Assembly (NCBI GenBank): GCA_963666565.1
Contig: OY762911.1
Span: 480,001-544,000, forward strand
Length of the DNA: 64,000 bases
DNA from: Thermoanaerobaculia bacterium
Lineage (GTDB): Bacteria > Acidobacteriota > Thermoanaerobaculia > Multivoradales > Multivoraceae
Reading direction: 5' to 3'
Positions within the stretch are counted from its first letter, which is position 1; each line of letters opens with the position of its first letter. Positions 60,561 through 64,000 of this stretch are shown here, piece by piece. Position numbers and translations under genes: made by a program. The notes under the pieces are model-generated. The model ran no database searches. It saw only the letters and a list, made by a program, of their open reading frames with translations, and was not told the origin of the DNA.

Positions 60561-61063
60561 GAGTTCGGGCCCCGCGTCTCCGCCGTTCCGGCCGTCTCCC
60601 GGCCGGGCTCGTAGAGGACCGCGCCAATAGTACGGGGAGCGAAGCCGCGCCGTTCGAGATGCCGGGCCAGCGCGGCCGCATCGCGCGACGGGCGGCTCGA
60701 GCGCCAGCGCGCCGCCACGGCGGCCGCCCGCTCCAGCTCGTCCTCGTCGTCGACGGTCTCGAGCGCCGCGCTGGCCGCCGCCGCGTCCGCGCCGCGCCGG
60801 CGCAGGTCGAGTTCGAGCCGCCGCCGGCCGTAGCCCCGGCGCTTCAGCGACCGCACGAGCATCCGCGCGGTCTCGCCCTCGTCCAGGTGGCCGGCGGCGG
60901 TCAGCCGCTCGATCGCGCTCTCCACGTCCTGCTCCGAGTAGCCGCGCTGCCCGAGCTTCGCCGCCAGCTCGGCCGCGAAGTGCGCGCGCCGCGCCAGCAG
61001 GTCGAGCCCGCGGTCGTAGGCCGGCTTCGGCGTCCGCTTTCGATTGGGTGCAAGTCGAGTCAA
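60554..61063 (-). CDS. recX: regulatory protein RecX
   Basis: LLARRAH..ELAAKL, GYGRRRL and LERRGF motifs, upstream of alaS. Confidence 0.88.
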   Translation of the reverse strand: MTRLAPNRKRTPKPAYDRGLDLLARRAHFAAELAAKLGQRGYSEQDVESAIERLTAAGHLDEGETARMLVRSLKRRGYGRRRLELDLRRRGADAAAASAALETVDDEDELERAAAVAARWRSSRPSRDAAALARHLERRGFAPRTIGAVLYEPGRETAGTAETRGPNSC

Positions 61064-61107
61064 GTTCGGGTCACGGAAATGGTGGCCGCTTCGCGGCCCC
61101 TTCTTCC

Positions 61108-61147
61108 GGCCGCCTCCGGCGGCAGCGGGTCAGAAGACCCGCGCACC
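61108..61147 (-). repeat. REP-like double-hairpin element
   Basis: Reverse complement is GGTGCGCGGGTCTTCTGACCCGCTGCCGCCGGAGGCGGCC. Confidence 0.8.
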
Positions 61148-61189
61148 GACAGGTCGCCATGCTAGTCGCTCTCGGGCGGAGCCTCGCCG

Positions 61190-61876
61190 TCACGGCGTCC
61201 CGCGGAGGGCCAGGGCGAGCGCGGCGACCGCGGCCGTCTCGGTCCGCAGCACGCGGGCGCCGAGGTGCGCCGCGACCGCTCCCCGCCCGGCCAGTTCCTC
61301 GATCTCCTGCTCGCTGAACCCGCCCTCGGGGCCGACCACGACCGCCGCCGCCCGGCCGGCGACCGCCGCGAACGGCGTCGCCGCGCCCGGGTGGAGCACC
61401 ACCGAGCCGGCGCCGACCGCCGCCTCCGCCAGCGGGACCGGCGCGGCGATCGCCGGCAGCCAGGCGCCGCCGCTCTGCTCGAGCGCGGACTTCGCGACCC
61501 GGCGCTGCCGCTCCAGCGCCCGCTCCGGCAGGGAGCGGCTGGTGCGCTCCGAGACGAACCACTGAAGTTCCCGCAGCCCCAGCTCCGTCGCCTTCTCGAC
61601 CAGCCAGACCGCGCGCTCCGGGCGCACCGCCGACACGAACAGCGCGACCCGCCGGGCCGGCTCGAACGCCGGCGCCGCGCCTTCGACCCGCAGCACCGCC
61701 CGCCGCGCGGCCACCCGGTCGACGACGGACCAGCGGGCGCCGCCGCGGCCGTCCACGAGGCGCACCCGGTCGCCGACCTGGAGCCGCCGGGCCCGAAACA
61801 GGTGGCGGTGGTCCGCTCCCTCCACCTCGACCGCCTCGCGGTCGAGGTCGCCGGCTTGGACCAGCAGGTGGATCAC
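61190..61876 (-). CDS. rsmE: 16S rRNA m3U1498 methyltransferase
   Basis: EKATELG, EQSG, VGPEGGF and LGARVLRTETA motifs. Confidence 0.93.
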   Translation of the reverse strand: MIHLLVQAGDLDREAVEVEGADHRHLFRARRLQVGDRVRLVDGRGGARWSVVDRVAARRAVLRVEGAAPAFEPARRVALFVSAVRPERAVWLVEKATELGLRELQWFVSERTSRSLPERALERQRRVAKSALEQSGGAWLPAIAAPVPLAEAAVGAGSVVLHPGAATPFAAVAGRAAAVVVGPEGGFSEQEIEELAGRGAVAAHLGARVLRTETAAVAALALALRGTP

Positions 61877-61910
61877 GGACGGAGCAACCGAGCCGGCGTC
61901 GAGGCGCGGC

Positions 61911-63095
61911 TCAGGCCTCCGAGCGCCGCTCCGCCTTCTCGCCGCCGCTCTCCGCCGGCCCCTCCGCCGGCTCGTGCCCCGAGAAGAGGTCCTTCACCCG
62001 GTTGAACAGGCCGCGGTCCTCGCGGACCGCGCCGCCGCCGTCGCCTCCAAGTTCGGCCAGCGCCCGCAGGTGCTCGAGCTCGCCCTCCGAGAGGTCGCGC
62101 GGCGCCGGCACGTCGAGCCGCACCTCGACGACGTGGTGGCCGCGGCCGCGGCCGTCGAGCCGCGGAATGCCCTGGGACCGCAGCACGAAGGTCGAGCCGT
62201 GGGCGGTCGCCGGCGGCACCTCCAGCTCCGACGCGCCGTGGATCGTCTCCACCTCCACCGTGCAGCCGAGGACCGCCTGCGGATAGCCGATCGCGACGGA
62301 GCTCAGGACGTCGGCGCCCCGCCGCGCGAACCGTTCGTGCGGCTCGACGGAGACCACCACGTAGAGATCGCCCGGCGAACCGCCGCGCGGGCCGTGCTCG
62401 CCCTCGCCGTGAATGCGGAGACGGGATCCGGTATCGACGCCGGCGGGCACCCGGACCTGGATCGAGCGCTGGCGTTCCGTCCGGCCCTGGCCCCGGCAGT
62501 CGCCGCAGGGGTCCCGGATGACGCTTCCCGCACCGCGGCAGTCGGGACAGGTCCGGGCCACCGAGAAGAAACCCTGGCTGAACTGGACCTGACCGCGGCC
62601 GCCGCAGGTGCGGCAGGCGGTCGGGCCGGACCCGGGCGCGGCGCCGCTGCCGCCGCAGGCCTCGCAAGCCTCCAGCCGCGGGATGCGGAGCGTCGGCTCC
62701 ACGCCGAACGCGGCCTCCTCGAACGAGATCCGCAGGTCGTAGCGGAGATCCGCGCCCGCGCGCCGGCGGCGGCCGCCGGCCCGGCTGCCGAAGATGTCGC
62801 CGAAGCCGAAGACGTCCCCCAGGATGTCCGAGAAATCGGCGAAGATCGTCGGATCGAAGCTGGCCCCGCCTGCCGGGCTCGCCTGGTGCCCGAAGCGGTC
62901 GTAGCGTTGCCGCTTGCCGGGATCGGAGAGCACCGCGTACGCCTCGGCAGCCTCCTTGAACTTCTCCTCCGCGACGCTGTCGCCGGGGTTGCGGTCGGGG
63001 TGATGGCGGACCGCCAGCTTGCGGTACGCCGACTTGATCTCCTGCAGCGTCGCGGAGCGTTCGAGGCCCAGGACCTCGTAGTAGTCGCGCGGCAT
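61911..63095 (-). CDS. dnaJ: molecular chaperone DnaJ
   Basis: J domain with HPD and four CxxCxGxG repeats. Confidence 0.97.
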   Translation of the reverse strand: MPRDYYEVLGLERSATLQEIKSAYRKLAVRHHPDRNPGDSVAEEKFKEAAEAYAVLSDPGKRQRYDRFGHQASPAGGASFDPTIFADFSDILGDVFGFGDIFGSRAGGRRRRAGADLRYDLRISFEEAAFGVEPTLRIPRLEACEACGGSGAAPGSGPTACRTCGGRGQVQFSQGFFSVARTCPDCRGAGSVIRDPCGDCRGQGRTERQRSIQVRVPAGVDTGSRLRIHGEGEHGPRGGSPGDLYVVVSVEPHERFARRGADVLSSVAIGYPQAVLGCTVEVETIHGASELEVPPATAHGSTFVLRSQGIPRLDGRGRGHHVVEVRLDVPAPRDLSEGELEHLRALAELGGDGGGAVREDRGLFNRVKDLFSGHEPAEGPAESGGEKAERRSEA

Positions 63096-63103
63096 GGCCC
63101 GTC

Positions 63104-63712
63104 TCAGGCGCCGCCGCCGGCCGCGGCGCCGTCCTCGCCGCCGGCGTCCGCGGGCGCGGCCGGCGACGCCGGCACGGCGACCCGGACCATCGCCGCCCGC
63201 AGCAGCCGCGACTCCATCGTGTAGCCCGTCAGCAGCTCCTGCACGACGGTGGCCTCTTCGACCTCCGCGCTCTCTTCCCGGGCCACCGCTTCGTGCAGGT
63301 TCGGGTCGAAGGGCGCGTTCAGGCTCTCCACCTGGACGACGTCGAACCGGCGCAGCAGGTCGGTCATCTGGCGGCGAATCATCTCCACGCCGGCTCGCAG
63401 GTCGTCGGCCGAGGCCTCGGCGCCGAGCGCCCGGTCCAGGTTGTCGATCACGCCGAGGAACTCGCGCAGCGGCGCCGCCGTCCAGGTCGCCCGCAGCTCG
63501 CGCCGCTCGCGGTCCATCCGCTTGCGCTGGTTGTCGAGGTCGGCCAGTGCCCGCAGCAGGCGGTCCTTCGTGGCGGCGAGTTCGGCCCGGAGCTCGGCCT
63601 CCACGTCCGGCGCCGCGGCCTCCTCGCCCGCGACCGCCTCCGCCCGGGTTTCCGTCCCGACGCCCCGCTCCTCCCCGGGGGAGTCCGGGCTCTCCTTCGA
63701 CTCGATCGTCAT
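63104..63712 (-). CDS. grpE: nucleotide exchange factor GrpE
   Basis: FDPNLHEA and GY...RLLRAAMVRV motifs. Confidence 0.95.
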   Translation of the reverse strand: MTIESKESPDSPGEERGVGTETRAEAVAGEEAAAPDVEAELRAELAATKDRLLRALADLDNQRKRMDRERRELRATWTAAPLREFLGVIDNLDRALGAEASADDLRAGVEMIRRQMTDLLRRFDVVQVESLNAPFDPNLHEAVAREESAEVEEATVVQELLTGYTMESRLLRAAMVRVAVPASPAAPADAGGEDGAAAGGGA

Positions 63713-63725
63713 CGTCCGGTCCCCG

Positions 63726-64000
63726 CTACAGCCTGCCGGCCAGGGCCTCCGAGAGGCGTTCGCCCAGGTAGTTCACCAGCGGCACCATCCGCGGGTACTC
63801 CATGCGCGCCGGCCCCACCACCGCGACCGACCCGGCGACGCCGTCGCCCGCCTCGTAGCTCCGCACGACGAGGCCGAACCCGAGCTCCTCGGTGAGCCGC
63901 GAGTCCTGGCCCAGGACCACCCGCACCCCGTCCGCGTCCAGGCAGCGGTTGAGCAGGCCGGCGAGCCGCGCCCGCTCGGCGAACATCTGGAACATCCCCT
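63726..64000 (-). CDS. hrcA: heat-inducible repressor HrcA (3' end only)
   Basis: GSVAVVGPARMEY C-terminal motif, directly upstream of grpE. Confidence 0.88.
   Translation of the reverse strand, partial: GMFQMFAERARLAGLLNRCLDADGVRVVLGQDSRLTEELGFGLVVRSYEAGDGVAGSVAVVGPARMEYPRMVPLVNYLGERLSEALAGRL

Overview
A 64 kb, very GC-rich bacterial chromosomal segment. Gene order suggests a diderm such as Acidobacteriota, but this is inference. Most of it is housekeeping: purF-purL-purQ-purS, dprA, topA, trmFO-xerC-hslVU-dapF, tyrS, ndk-sucDC-icd, cdd, a Tat-exported xanthine-dehydrogenase-family molybdoenzyme cluster, aspC/dsbD, rnhB-rplS-trmD-rimM-khpA-rpsP, and ffh-MMPL-pgsA-alaS-recX-rsmE-dnaJ-grpE-hrcA. 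Two accessory patches interrupt it. (1) At about 21.4-25.2 kb, a SmaI/Cfr9I-like restriction-modification pair has its endonuclease split by an IS3-family element, next to an IS1595-like remnant and a hicB fragment. (2) At about 45.1-53.1 kb, an 8 kb island sits between ffh and rpsP, bracketed by inverted REP-doublets. It carries a multiply-inactivated MmeI-like RM gene, three IS elements, a HicB-like orphan and an IS-disrupted secreted Cys-rich protein. Intergenic spaces hold a REP-like hairpin family (including a CRISPR-mimicking 40-bp tandem array) and a separate 110-bp CTAG-bounded MITE-like element in two diverged copies. Several genes appear to have leaderless promoters. No tRNA, rRNA or true CRISPR array was recognised. 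All family assignments come from motif recognition by eye, not from database searches.
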